Shown here in pieces: positions 28,840 through 37,646 of a stretch of DNA of 64,000 nucleotides (the stretch's first letter is position 1; every line of letters begins with the position of its first letter). The position numbers and the translations under genes were made by a program. The DNA comes from Pseudomonadota bacterium. GTDB lineage: Bacteria > Pseudomonadota > Alphaproteobacteria > Micavibrionales > Micavibrionaceae. The notes beneath the pieces are model-generated. The model ran no database searches and was not told the DNA's origin. It saw only the letters and a program-made list of their open reading frames with translations. The stretch covers positions 8,163 to 72,162 of the forward strand of contig CAUJHN010000153.1 in NCBI GenBank assembly GCA_963204825.1, in the 5' to 3' direction.

Positions 28840-30242
28840 TGACCACGTATACCAAGACTATGAACTCCGGCATATGCTGTAATTTTATAGGCGCTCGCTA
28901 CATACACCATGTCATCACCGACGACGGGGGAGGAGTTCACGCCGGAACCCACCTGCCTGCGAACGAGCTCCTGCCCTGTCAAAGCATTGCGAATACTAAA
29001 AATCCCTTCGTAAGATGTCGTCGCTATCATAGGAATATCAAATCCATTTATAAGGACTGCTGGCGCGTGCAGTTCTTCGCCCGCTTTTTCATGCCATGCC
29101 GTCGAGCCGTCTTTCACGCGAAGCGCTAAAACGTCTCCGTTCTTGGCCGTATATATAACAAGGTCAGATTGGGGAATATAAACGGCCGGCGCTATCGGCG
29201 TGGTCGGCAAGACAACCTCCCACAATAATTTTCCTTCCGTGGAGACAGCCTGCGCCCAGCCCTGATCCGTGCCCTTATTCACTCCGATCTGTCCTATGCC
29301 TGTGGAGGTAAATATGATTTTTTTAGTTTCATCTATAACAGGCGAGCCCCATGGCTGACCTTTTTGCGGAATCTTCCATACTGTCTTTCCGTTTTTCGCA
29401 TCCAGCGCATGGAACGCCGTTATATGCACATTCTCATCGCTCTGCGCGGGCATATATAAAATATCGTCGTTCAAAAGAGGCTTTGAATCGATATGTCCCA
29501 ATGCCTGATGCCATCTCACATGACCAGTTCGCGCATCCAGCGCCCATATACCGCCGGGACCTGTTCCTACCCATACCATATTATGTTTGCGGTCCGGCGT
29601 CGCGGATTCTTCAATATGTCCCAGAAACTCCCTACGCCAGATAATTCTTCCATCTTCCGCATTAATGGCGCTTACGGACGAACTCTGATCGTAATGAAGC
29701 CCCTCGCCAGAGTAAATGATATCCCCCTCGCTTCCCAGCGATAGAACCGGCGCATTGTGCGGCAAAGACCACACACGCTGCCCATCGGCGAGGGAGACAG
29801 CTTCAACGCTATTGCCGTAGGCCCCATAGACGAGAACGCCACCAGCGATCAACGGCGTCGAAAAAACTTGGGTTTTTGTCTCTACGGACCATATTTCACC
29901 AAACTGCCTCAAATTAACGGGTAAAGGCTTTTGTGCTGTTGCAAAATAGACGGGCGTCGAATATTCCTTTTCCGGAATGGCCCGTGTGCCAGCCATCGCC
30001 GTCTCCTTGTTAGGCAAACGGTATATATAGACCGCTATAAAGCTTGCCAGACATAAAACGAAAACCGCAAGGAATGCCATTTTATATTTTTGCCAGAAGC
30101 TCGGAGTAAAAATTTTAGCCGCGCCTGTTACGCCCCCTAAAAGACCCAATAGGAGAGGAGCGACTTCTATAAACGGCAGAAACGCCGGAAAAAAATAAAA
30201 TGTGCCGGAATATCTAGAAGTAAATTTGGATCTGTTTTGCAT
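28836..30242 (-). CDS. Membrane-anchored PQQ-like beta-propeller repeat protein
   Basis: Two N-terminal TM segments followed by repeated ..G.V(Y/W)A.DA..G...W.. blades (ALDARTGHVRWH, ALDAKNGKTVWK, ALRVKDGSTAWH). Its stop overlaps the downstream start (ATGA). Confidence 0.7.
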   Translation of the reverse strand: MQNRSKFTSRYSGTFYFFPAFLPFIEVAPLLLGLLGGVTGAAKIFTPSFWQKYKMAFLAVFVLCLASFIAVYIYRLPNKETAMAGTRAIPEKEYSTPVYFATAQKPLPVNLRQFGEIWSVETKTQVFSTPLIAGGVLVYGAYGNSVEAVSLADGQRVWSLPHNAPVLSLGSEGDIIYSGEGLHYDQSSSVSAINAEDGRIIWRREFLGHIEESATPDRKHNMVWVGTGPGGIWALDARTGHVRWHQALGHIDSKPLLNDDILYMPAQSDENVHITAFHALDAKNGKTVWKIPQKGQPWGSPVIDETKKIIFTSTGIGQIGVNKGTDQGWAQAVSTEGKLLWEVVLPTTPIAPAVYIPQSDLVIYTAKNGDVLALRVKDGSTAWHEKAGEELHAPAVLINGFDIPMIATTSYEGIFSIRNALTGQELVRRQVGSGVNSSPVVGDDMVYVASAYKITAYAGVHSLGIRGQ

Positions 30243-30469
30243 GTATGTCCTGTTTAGCCTTTTGCATTAATTAAGACGGCCAACATCTAAAATCCTTGGA
30301 GCGCTTCTGACTAAATATAAAGATTAAATATTTTTTCTTTTATAATCAATGTCTTAATTACACAATCCACAACCGATCATATATCTCTTGGTCACGCTCA
30401 GCCTACTTCAGGTTCTCTTCAGCTTACAATTGCATTCTGAAACGGTCTTAACAAAGCACGGCAGTTTCA

Positions 30470-31168
30470 ATGTTGAATCTCGATTACCAGGAAAACGGAC
30501 AAACAACCGGCAGACTGTCGTTTAAAAACGGATTCCTGTTAAGAAGAATTAACAGTCGCCCTGCTATCGTTTCTATTCTTCCCGCCTTCGCCCGTGAACG
30601 CGCCGCGGTAGAAGATTTTATTACTGGCGTATATGCGGACGCCTATAATGCACAAATCGGCGTTCACTATCCAACCTTGATGAGCGTTCAGGACGAAAAC
30701 GGAAAAATTCTGGCGGCACTGGGTTTTCGCAATGCCGCCGATGAACCGCTATTTCTCGAACAGTATCTATCACATCCCGTAGACGAAATTCTCGATACTC
30801 CGCGCTCCTCCATCACGGAGATCGGGAATCTCGCCTCTGCAGGCGGGGGCGCATCGATGTATTTGTTCGCAGCCCTCGCCGCCTACCTCCATGACAAAGG
30901 GCAAAGCCACGCCGTTATAACAGGCACGAACTACATTGAAAAAAGACTCAGAACGCTAGGTCTCAAGCCCATAAGGCTTGCAAAGGCAAATCCTGCCCTG
31001 CTTTTGAAAAAAAATGAACACTGGGGGACCTATTACGAAACAGATCCTTATGTTATGAGCGGGCAGATTGCGCGAGGTTATGATCGCCTGCAAAAAGTCC
31101 TGGGTGCTACCTATACTCCGGAAAAAGCCAGACTCTTTTCCCGTCTGCATTACAGGTATCCCCTATGA
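30470..31168 (+). CDS. Thermostable-hemolysin family (T_hemolysin, GNAT-like acyltransferase fold) protein
   Basis: RERAAVEDFITGVYADAYNAQIGVHYPTLMSV..ILAALGFRNAADEPLFLEQYL..EIGNLAS..GTNYIEKRLRTLGL is collinear with the family. Confidence 0.7.
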   Translation: MLNLDYQENGQTTGRLSFKNGFLLRRINSRPAIVSILPAFARERAAVEDFITGVYADAYNAQIGVHYPTLMSVQDENGKILAALGFRNAADEPLFLEQYLSHPVDEILDTPRSSITEIGNLASAGGGASMYLFAALAAYLHDKGQSHAVITGTNYIEKRLRTLGLKPIRLAKANPALLLKKNEHWGTYYETDPYVMSGQIARGYDRLQKVLGATYTPEKARLFSRLHYRYPL

Positions 31169-32505
31169 GCATTCTATCCAGCATACTTGAACCGCACAGG
31201 CCGGATAAAGTCGCGCTGACTGAAGCGGGATATAAGCTTGATTATGGAGACCTGCCCAATCTCATAAAAAGCAGAGCCGAACGCCTTTCCCGTTACCACT
31301 GCGTTGCCCTGTCAATGAACAACGACATCGAATGGGTTTTATGGGATCTTGCAGGACTCGCTGCAAAAATTACGCTCGTACCCCTTCCCCCTTTCTTTAC
31401 CAAGGAACAGCGCGATCACGCGTTAAAGTCATCTGGCTGTGATGCGATCGTCACGCCTGACGGGCTTATCCCATTGCCGTATATGCCCATAACCTTAGCT
31501 GATGGCACGGCGAAAATAACATATACATCCGGCACTACAGGAACGCCCAAGGGCGTTTGCCTGTCAGAAGACGCGATGAGATTGGTTGCACAAAGCATTA
31601 TAGATGTTTTGGGACAGGATCTGGCTGACATACACGCGTGCGTTTTGCCACTTGGGGTTCTGTTAGAAAATGTAGCGGGTGTGTATGCAACGTTAATGGC
31701 GGGTGGAACAGTTCATCTGAATCGCCTTGAAAGTTTTGGTAAAAATTACGAACGCCTTCATGGCGCAATAAAAGAAAGTGGCGCAACGTCCATCATCCTC
31801 GTACCCGAGATGCTGCGGATATTGATGATGCAAGTGAGAGAGTCCGGCCCGCTTCCTTCCCTTAAATACGTCGCCGTGGGTGGATCAAAAGTTTCGCCTT
31901 CCCTGATATCGCAAGCGCGTGCGATGGGATTACCCGTGTATGAGGGCTACGGCCTGTCTGAATGCGCATCGGTCGTAGCCTTGAACACCCATAGCCAGAA
32001 TAAAGCTGGCACAGTCGGAAAGTTTCTGCCACATGTGCGCACCCGCATCGAAAACGGTGAAATCGTCCTGAAGAACACCGGGTTTTTAGGGTATGTGGGT
32101 GAAGCTCCCCCTTCCGTTATCCATACGGGTGATTTGGGCGAAATTGATGCGGAAGGTTTTGTTTCCATTACAGGACGGAAGAAGAACGTTCTTATCACGT
32201 CCTATGGCCGTAACGTCTCACCGGAATGGGTTGAATCCGAGCTGCTTTCCCAACCAGAAATCGCACAGGCAGTCGTTTACGGCGATGGGGAAAGCGCCCT
32301 CAGCGCTTACATAGCTCCTGCATTTCCCGCTGCGAATATTACAGAGGCCATTGCACAAGCAAACGCCCACCTCCCTGAATACGCCCACATTAAAAACTTT
32401 ACCCTTGTTCCTCCTTTTTCCCCTGAGGATGGAACACTTACCGGGACCGGCCGTCCCCGCCGGTCCCGGATCCTTCAACTTTACCAAAAGGAGAACATTC
32501 AATGA
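31165..32505 (+). CDS. AMP-dependent synthetase/ligase (adenylate-forming enzyme), short form
   Basis: Core motifs TYTSGTTGTPKGV, EGYGLSE, TGDLG and GRKKNVLITSYGRNVSP. ATGA overlap with the upstream gene. Confidence 0.88.
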   Translation: MSILSSILEPHRPDKVALTEAGYKLDYGDLPNLIKSRAERLSRYHCVALSMNNDIEWVLWDLAGLAAKITLVPLPPFFTKEQRDHALKSSGCDAIVTPDGLIPLPYMPITLADGTAKITYTSGTTGTPKGVCLSEDAMRLVAQSIIDVLGQDLADIHACVLPLGVLLENVAGVYATLMAGGTVHLNRLESFGKNYERLHGAIKESGATSIILVPEMLRILMMQVRESGPLPSLKYVAVGGSKVSPSLISQARAMGLPVYEGYGLSECASVVALNTHSQNKAGTVGKFLPHVRTRIENGEIVLKNTGFLGYVGEAPPSVIHTGDLGEIDAEGFVSITGRKKNVLITSYGRNVSPEWVESELLSQPEIAQAVVYGDGESALSAYIAPAFPAANITEAIAQANAHLPEYAHIKNFTLVPPFSPEDGTLTGTGRPRRSRILQLYQKENIQ

Positions 32506-33173
32506 CATTTTACGAACGCCTAAACAAAGAAACGGAAGTCATGCGCAAGGAATTATATTCCGTGCCGCAACTGATGGACGGCCTAAAAGGCAATATCAGC
32601 CGCGAAACATATATCGCCTATTTAACCCAGGCCTTCCATCACGTCCGTCATACCGTGCGGTTTTTGATGGCCATGGGCGTGCATCTGCCCGAAAGCAAAA
32701 AATGGCTACATGACGCCATTGCCGAATACATCGAAGAAGAAAAAGGCCACGAAGAGTGGATACTGAACGATATTTCAGCGGCGGGGGGCGATAAGGAAAG
32801 GGCACGTAATGCCACCCCAAACCTCGAAACTCAAGTCCTGGTCGCATATAACTACGATTACATCGCCCGGAAAAACCCAGTAGGTTTTCTCGGCATGGTT
32901 TTCATGCTGGAAAGCACATCCATACAGATAGCAAACAATGGAGCCGACGCTTTAAAAGCAAAACTCAACCTGCCTCAGACAGCCTTTACTTACCTCTATT
33001 CCCACGGCGCTCTGGATATTGAGCATATGAAATTCTTCGAGCAGCTTGTGAACAGAATCACAGATCCGGCCGACCAGGCAGCGATCATAGAAGTCGCACA
33101 AAATGCATTCCGCCTTTTCGCTAACGTTCTTCGCTCCATTCCTCACGTTCAGGAGATCAGACATGCGGCTTAG
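32502..33173 (+). CDS. Heme-oxygenase-like / TenA-like iron-containing redox enzyme family protein
   Basis: 223-aa protein that appears all-helical, with carboxylate/His pairs (EEEKGHEEW, ALDIEHMKFF) spaced as in heme-oxygenase-like diiron enzymes. ATGA overlap with the ligase gene. Confidence 0.6.
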   Translation: MTFYERLNKETEVMRKELYSVPQLMDGLKGNISRETYIAYLTQAFHHVRHTVRFLMAMGVHLPESKKWLHDAIAEYIEEEKGHEEWILNDISAAGGDKERARNATPNLETQVLVAYNYDYIARKNPVGFLGMVFMLESTSIQIANNGADALKAKLNLPQTAFTYLYSHGALDIEHMKFFEQLVNRITDPADQAAIIEVAQNAFRLFANVLRSIPHVQEIRHAA

Positions 33174-33939
33174 CGGAAAAAAAGTTTACATCACCGGCGG
33201 AACGGGCGGCATTGGGAAACCTCTTGTTTCTTTGCTTCGTCAGGCGGGCGCAGATGTAACAGTCTACGACATCGAAAAAGAGGGCGATCTCGTACAGAAC
33301 GTGGACAAGATCCGCGCATACCTGGAATCCAGCACTCCGGATATTTTGATCAATATGGCGGGATATAACGTGTTTGATTACTGCGAAAATCAGAATTTAC
33401 GGGCTATTATCGATCTCAATATGATGGTTCCCGTGCAGCTTTCGCAGGCCGTGCTGCGCGGCATGAAGCGTCGCGGTTCAGGCCATATCCTAAATATCGG
33501 TTCTATGACCGCTCTAATTCCATTGCCGCATTTAACAGGATACGTCACCGCCAAAGCTGGTTTGAAAGGTTTTTCTGACAGTCTGCGTAGAGAGCTTGGG
33601 GGTACGGACATTGCCGTAACATATATCGTGCCGCGTGCTGTAAAAACCGGCATGAATACGGGCGTACGCGCAGAAATCAATGAACGGACAAAAGTAACCT
33701 ATGATGACCCTATGAAGATTGCAGAGCGCATTTTTAGAGCCATCGCCAAACAGGAAAAAGAAGTGCGCATAGGATTCCCCGAACGTATCTTCGCCTTCAT
33801 CAATGCCATATGCCCCTCGGTTATCGACCAGGGGTTGCAGAAAAACCGCATAATCGGCGAACAACTTTTAGCTGAAACACAAAACTCCAAGGAGACCTAT
33901 AATGAAAAAACTGTATCTTCTCTCCGCGCTGCTCGTTAG
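33163..33939 (+). CDS. Short-chain dehydrogenase/reductase (SDR)
   Basis: TGGTGGIGK Rossmann motif, NMAG, and the S...YVTAK catalytic triad context. The start is at Met21 of the ORF (aggaga RBS) and overlaps the upstream gene by 11 nt. Confidence 0.88.
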   Translation: MRLSGKKVYITGGTGGIGKPLVSLLRQAGADVTVYDIEKEGDLVQNVDKIRAYLESSTPDILINMAGYNVFDYCENQNLRAIIDLNMMVPVQLSQAVLRGMKRRGSGHILNIGSMTALIPLPHLTGYVTAKAGLKGFSDSLRRELGGTDIAVTYIVPRAVKTGMNTGVRAEINERTKVTYDDPMKIAERIFRAIAKQEKEVRIGFPERIFAFINAICPSVIDQGLQKNRIIGEQLLAETQNSKETYNEKTVSSLRAAR

Positions 33940-34612
33940 TGCAGCTGCTCCTGCTTTTGCGCAACAAGCGCAGCCTGTAGCCATGCCGGCAGCGGGCGTC
34001 GCTGATCCCGTTTTGGAACAGATTGCACCCCTGCAAAGCGAATGGGCGCGGATCAAATATCAGGTAGCAGACAAAGAAGCAAAACTGACCGCTATTCACG
34101 CGCTCGAAGGGCAAGCGGCGCAAGTGACGGCTTCAAACCCCGCACGCGCCGAACCCAAAATATGGGAGGCTATTATCCTTTCGACGGACGCAGGTATTGT
34201 CAAAGGCATGTCCGCCTTGCCTAAAGTCAACAAAGCCAAAGAACTGCTGGAAACCGCAGAGAAGATAAATCCGAACGTTCTTGATGGCTCCGCTCATACA
34301 TCACTTGGATCTTTATACTATCAAGTGCCTGGCTGGCCTGTTGGCTTCGGCGACGATAAGAAGGCCGAAGAGCATCTGAAAATGGCCTTGCAGATTAATC
34401 CCGATGGTATTGATCCCAACTTTTTCTACGGCGATTTCCTTTTACAGGACGGACGGCTGGAAGAGGCAAAAACCTATCTGAGTCGTGCATTACAAGCAGC
34501 ACCCCGTCCTGGCCGTGAACTGGCGGATGCTGGTCGTAGGCAGGAAATCCAGGCTGCTCTTACTAAGATAGACCAGGAAGCAGCAAAAAAATCCAAAGGG
34601 CAGTTAAATTAG
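33902..34612 (+). CDS. Periplasmic TPR-like repeat protein
   Basis: Signal peptide MKKLYLLSALLVSAAAPAFA, followed by helical repeats (HLKMALQINPD.., YLSRALQAAPRPG). Confidence 0.6.
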   Translation: MKKLYLLSALLVSAAAPAFAQQAQPVAMPAAGVADPVLEQIAPLQSEWARIKYQVADKEAKLTAIHALEGQAAQVTASNPARAEPKIWEAIILSTDAGIVKGMSALPKVNKAKELLETAEKINPNVLDGSAHTSLGSLYYQVPGWPVGFGDDKKAEEHLKMALQINPDGIDPNFFYGDFLLQDGRLEEAKTYLSRALQAAPRPGRELADAGRRQEIQAALTKIDQEAAKKSKGQLN

Positions 34613-34620
34613 AAAAAACT

Positions 34621-35346
34621 ATGATTACAGTCGTCATCCCCGTTCATAACGAGCAAGAAAATGTCTCTGCCTTACTGGCGGAAATATACCAAGCGTCCCA
34701 GTCCGTGCCCATCAGCGAAGTTATCTATGTCGATGACGCCAGCACGGATGGGACGGCGGACATGCTTTCATCCTTAAGACAGACATATCCTTTTTTAAGG
34801 GTCATCCGGCATAGCATTAAATCCGGCCAATCGGCTGCATTCCTTACCGGGGTGAAAGCGGCCGGCAACAACATTATTGTGTTTATGGATGGGGACGGCC
34901 AAAACAACCCGGCAGACATCGAAAAACTCTATCAGTGCTATCAAGGCAAGAAAAGGCCGCAAATAAAAGTGATGGTCGCAGGCCAGAGAAAGATGCGGAA
35001 TGATAATCTTATACGGCGCCTATCATCCCGGATTGCCAACCGCATCCGTTCATTTATACTGAATGATAACATCCGCGACACCGGGTGTTCTCTAAAAATG
35101 ATTACGCGTGAAGACTATTTGACCTTGCCATTTTTTAATCATATGCACCGCTTCCTGCCGGCCCTTTTAAAACGGGATGGTGTGGAAATTCTAACTGTGG
35201 ATGTCTCACACAGATCACGCCTGCACGGCGTTTCAAAATACGGATTCTGGAACCGCCTGTGGGTAGGGATAGCGGACCTCGCAGGCGTTAGCTGGCTTCT
35301 TTCCAGAGCCAAACCAAAGAACCTCAGCATTCTGGAGATTTTATAA
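34621..35346 (+). CDS. GT2 polyprenyl-phosphate glycosyltransferase (ArnC/GtrB/DPM1-like)
   Basis: VVIPVHNEQENV, YVDDASTDGT and MDGDGQN (the DxD region), with C-terminal TM segments. Confidence 0.85.
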   Translation: MITVVIPVHNEQENVSALLAEIYQASQSVPISEVIYVDDASTDGTADMLSSLRQTYPFLRVIRHSIKSGQSAAFLTGVKAAGNNIIVFMDGDGQNNPADIEKLYQCYQGKKRPQIKVMVAGQRKMRNDNLIRRLSSRIANRIRSFILNDNIRDTGCSLKMITREDYLTLPFFNHMHRFLPALLKRDGVEILTVDVSHRSRLHGVSKYGFWNRLWVGIADLAGVSWLLSRAKPKNLSILEIL

Positions 35347-35630
35347 TGCCTTTAATTACCCACGAAACGCTTTGGCTTTCCATCGGCATGATTGGTCAGG
35401 CCATGTTTTCCATGCGCTTTGTCGTACAATGGATCGCTTCCGAAAAAGCAAAGAAGAGCATCATTCCAAATCTGTTTTGGTATTTCAGCATAGCGGGCGG
35501 CAGCCTGTTGCTCGCCTATTCTGTTTATCGCCAGGACCCCATTTTTATCTTGGGGCAGTCCATGGGGCTTTTCGTCTATTTGCGCAACTTATATCTCATA
35601 GTTTCGGATAAACATGCCGTATCTGCATAA
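35346..35630 (+). CDS. Lipid-A-biosynthesis N-terminal domain (LAB_N) small membrane protein
   Basis: WLSIGMIGQAMFSMRFVVQWIASEKAKKSIIPNLFWYFSIAGGSLLLAYSVYRQDPIFILGQ matches the LAB_N pattern. The start abuts the GT2 stop. Confidence 0.8.
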   Translation: MPLITHETLWLSIGMIGQAMFSMRFVVQWIASEKAKKSIIPNLFWYFSIAGGSLLLAYSVYRQDPIFILGQSMGLFVYLRNLYLIVSDKHAVSA

Positions 35631-36978
35631 GGGCCTTATTCCCTACAGCCTGCTTTTCCTCTTATTCATAGCCGCCGTTATTTTCCGTCCGCTCCTGCCG
35701 GTGGACGAAACACGCTATCTTACAGTTGCGTGGGAAATGTATCTGCAGAATAATTTTCTGAAACTCAGTCTGAATTTCGAACCATATCACCACAAGCCCC
35801 CCCTGCTCTTTTGGCTGATTAACATTTCATGGCATATTTTCGGTGTTTCAAGGGAAGCCGCCATGGTCCCTATATTTCTCGCAAGCGCTGCCACGCTGGC
35901 CTTAACCCGTTACCTTACAAAGATGACTTTTGGGGAAAAGGCCGCCGCGGTTTCTTCCTATATTCTTTTGGGCAGCATCCCTTTTATCGCCTATAGCACC
36001 ATGATCATGTTTGATATGACCGTGACGGCTTTTATCCTGTGCTATCACATTTGCTTGATTAAAAACGCCCAGAACCCAAAGCCGATGTTACCGGTCTTGT
36101 CCGGGCTTGCCCTGGGATTTGCAATCCTTGCAAAGGGGCCTGTTGCCTTTGTGTATATATTAGGACCGGTCATTTTCTATTCTTTCTGGCGAAAAGACAG
36201 CTATATCGTGCCTGCTGCGTTTTACCGGGCATTCGCGATATCCCTCGTCGTGGCCATTCTCCCCGTTCTGGCCTGGCTAGCCCCGCTCGCCGTTCAATCC
36301 GATCAGAAATTTCTATGGTGGCTCTTGTGGGAACAATCGGCAGGCCGCGTAACCGGAAACTTCAATGCGGCTCATGCACGCCCCTTTTATTTCTACTTTC
36401 TTTTAATCCCGCTGATCATCTTGCCCTGGGGCTTCTTTCCCAAAGTATGGCGCTCTTTTAAACTGGAAGAAAGAGAGACCAGATTTCTGATTGCTGCCAT
36501 CCTGCCCGCGTTTCTGGCGTTTTCATGCATCTCCGGAAAACAGCCTCATTATCTGGCCCCCCTTATTCCCTATGTCACCATGGCCTTTGCATCTGCCCTG
36601 CCGACATTTGAAAGATCTGTCCGTGCCACAGCGCTTGCAATGACAGGCCTCTTTCTTATCGGGCACGCCATAGGCTACGCATACCTTTTTCCAGAATATG
36701 ACCTTCGCCCTTACGCGGCGTATTACAGGCAACATGCGGACAAGGAGTGGGCCTTTGTACAAAACTACCAGGGCGAAATTGGCTTCCTGGCGAGAGTCGA
36801 AAAACCTATATCCAATATAGACAGAACGGATATGTCCAATTGGATGAAATCCCACCCGGACGGTTACGCACTCGTTAGGTATAAGGGACGTGAAGCTTAT
36901 TTAGATGGGCAGGAGCCGCTCTTTTCCTATCCGTACCGTGGAAAGAGACTGGGCGTTTTCCATTACAATAAAGAGTGA
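35614..36978 (+). CDS. ArnT/PMT_2-type GT-C glycosyltransferase (polyprenyl-phosphate-sugar dependent)
   Basis: The N-terminal loop LPVDETRYLTVAWEM..EPYHHKPPLLFWL is typical of the ArnT/PMT family. At least 10 TM segments. Confidence 0.85.
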   Translation: MPYLHKGLIPYSLLFLLFIAAVIFRPLLPVDETRYLTVAWEMYLQNNFLKLSLNFEPYHHKPPLLFWLINISWHIFGVSREAAMVPIFLASAATLALTRYLTKMTFGEKAAAVSSYILLGSIPFIAYSTMIMFDMTVTAFILCYHICLIKNAQNPKPMLPVLSGLALGFAILAKGPVAFVYILGPVIFYSFWRKDSYIVPAAFYRAFAISLVVAILPVLAWLAPLAVQSDQKFLWWLLWEQSAGRVTGNFNAAHARPFYFYFLLIPLIILPWGFFPKVWRSFKLEERETRFLIAAILPAFLAFSCISGKQPHYLAPLIPYVTMAFASALPTFERSVRATALAMTGLFLIGHAIGYAYLFPEYDLRPYAAYYRQHADKEWAFVQNYQGEIGFLARVEKPISNIDRTDMSNWMKSHPDGYALVRYKGREAYLDGQEPLFSYPYRGKRLGVFHYNKE

Positions 36979-36989
36979 TAGGGTAGACC

Positions 36990-37646
36990 ATGCGCCTGCT
37001 CCTGGTAGAAGATGACAAGAATTTAGGTAAAGCAACCGCAGAAGGACTGAAAGAATCCTTCGCCGTTGACTGGGTGCGAAGCGCCGAAGAAGCGGAAGAG
37101 GCCACCGCCATGGTAAAATACGACCTTATGGTACTAGATATCAATCTTCCGGAAAAATCGGGCCTGGATCTCCTTAAAGACTTGCGCAAGAAGGCAAACC
37201 CGATACCCGTTCTGCTCCTGACCGCCCGCGACGCCATTTATCACCGCGTGGAAGGCTTGAATGCCGGCGCAGACGATTACCTTGTAAAACCGTTCGATCT
37301 CGACGAACTTCTGGCCCGCTGCTCCGCGCTTGTGCGCCGCGCGCAAAGCCAGGGGCAGCCAGTGATTTCCATTCTCGATCTTTCCTATGAACCGGCCACA
37401 GGCAAATTGGAAAGAGATGGAAAGAGCATCCTTTTATCCGCCAAGGAGCGAGCCATATTTGATGTTCTGGCGCATAATATTGATCGCCCGGTCAGCAAGG
37501 CGTTGATTGAAGAGCGCATTTACGACTGGGGCTCCGAAGAAATTGAAAGCAACACGATTGAAGTCCATATAGCAGGGCTGCGCCGAAAAATTGGCAGGGA
37601 CTACATAAAAACCATTCGCGGCGTAGGATATATGATTTGCAAATGA
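36990..37646 (+). CDS. OmpR/PhoB-family response regulator (PmrA/QseB-like)
   Basis: MRLLLVEDD, LMVLDINLP, VLLLTAR and LVKPF, plus a winged-helix C-terminus (IRGVGYMI). Confidence 0.92.
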   Translation: MRLLLVEDDKNLGKATAEGLKESFAVDWVRSAEEAEEATAMVKYDLMVLDINLPEKSGLDLLKDLRKKANPIPVLLLTARDAIYHRVEGLNAGADDYLVKPFDLDELLARCSALVRRAQSQGQPVISILDLSYEPATGKLERDGKSILLSAKERAIFDVLAHNIDRPVSKALIEERIYDWGSEEIESNTIEVHIAGLRRKIGRDYIKTIRGVGYMICK

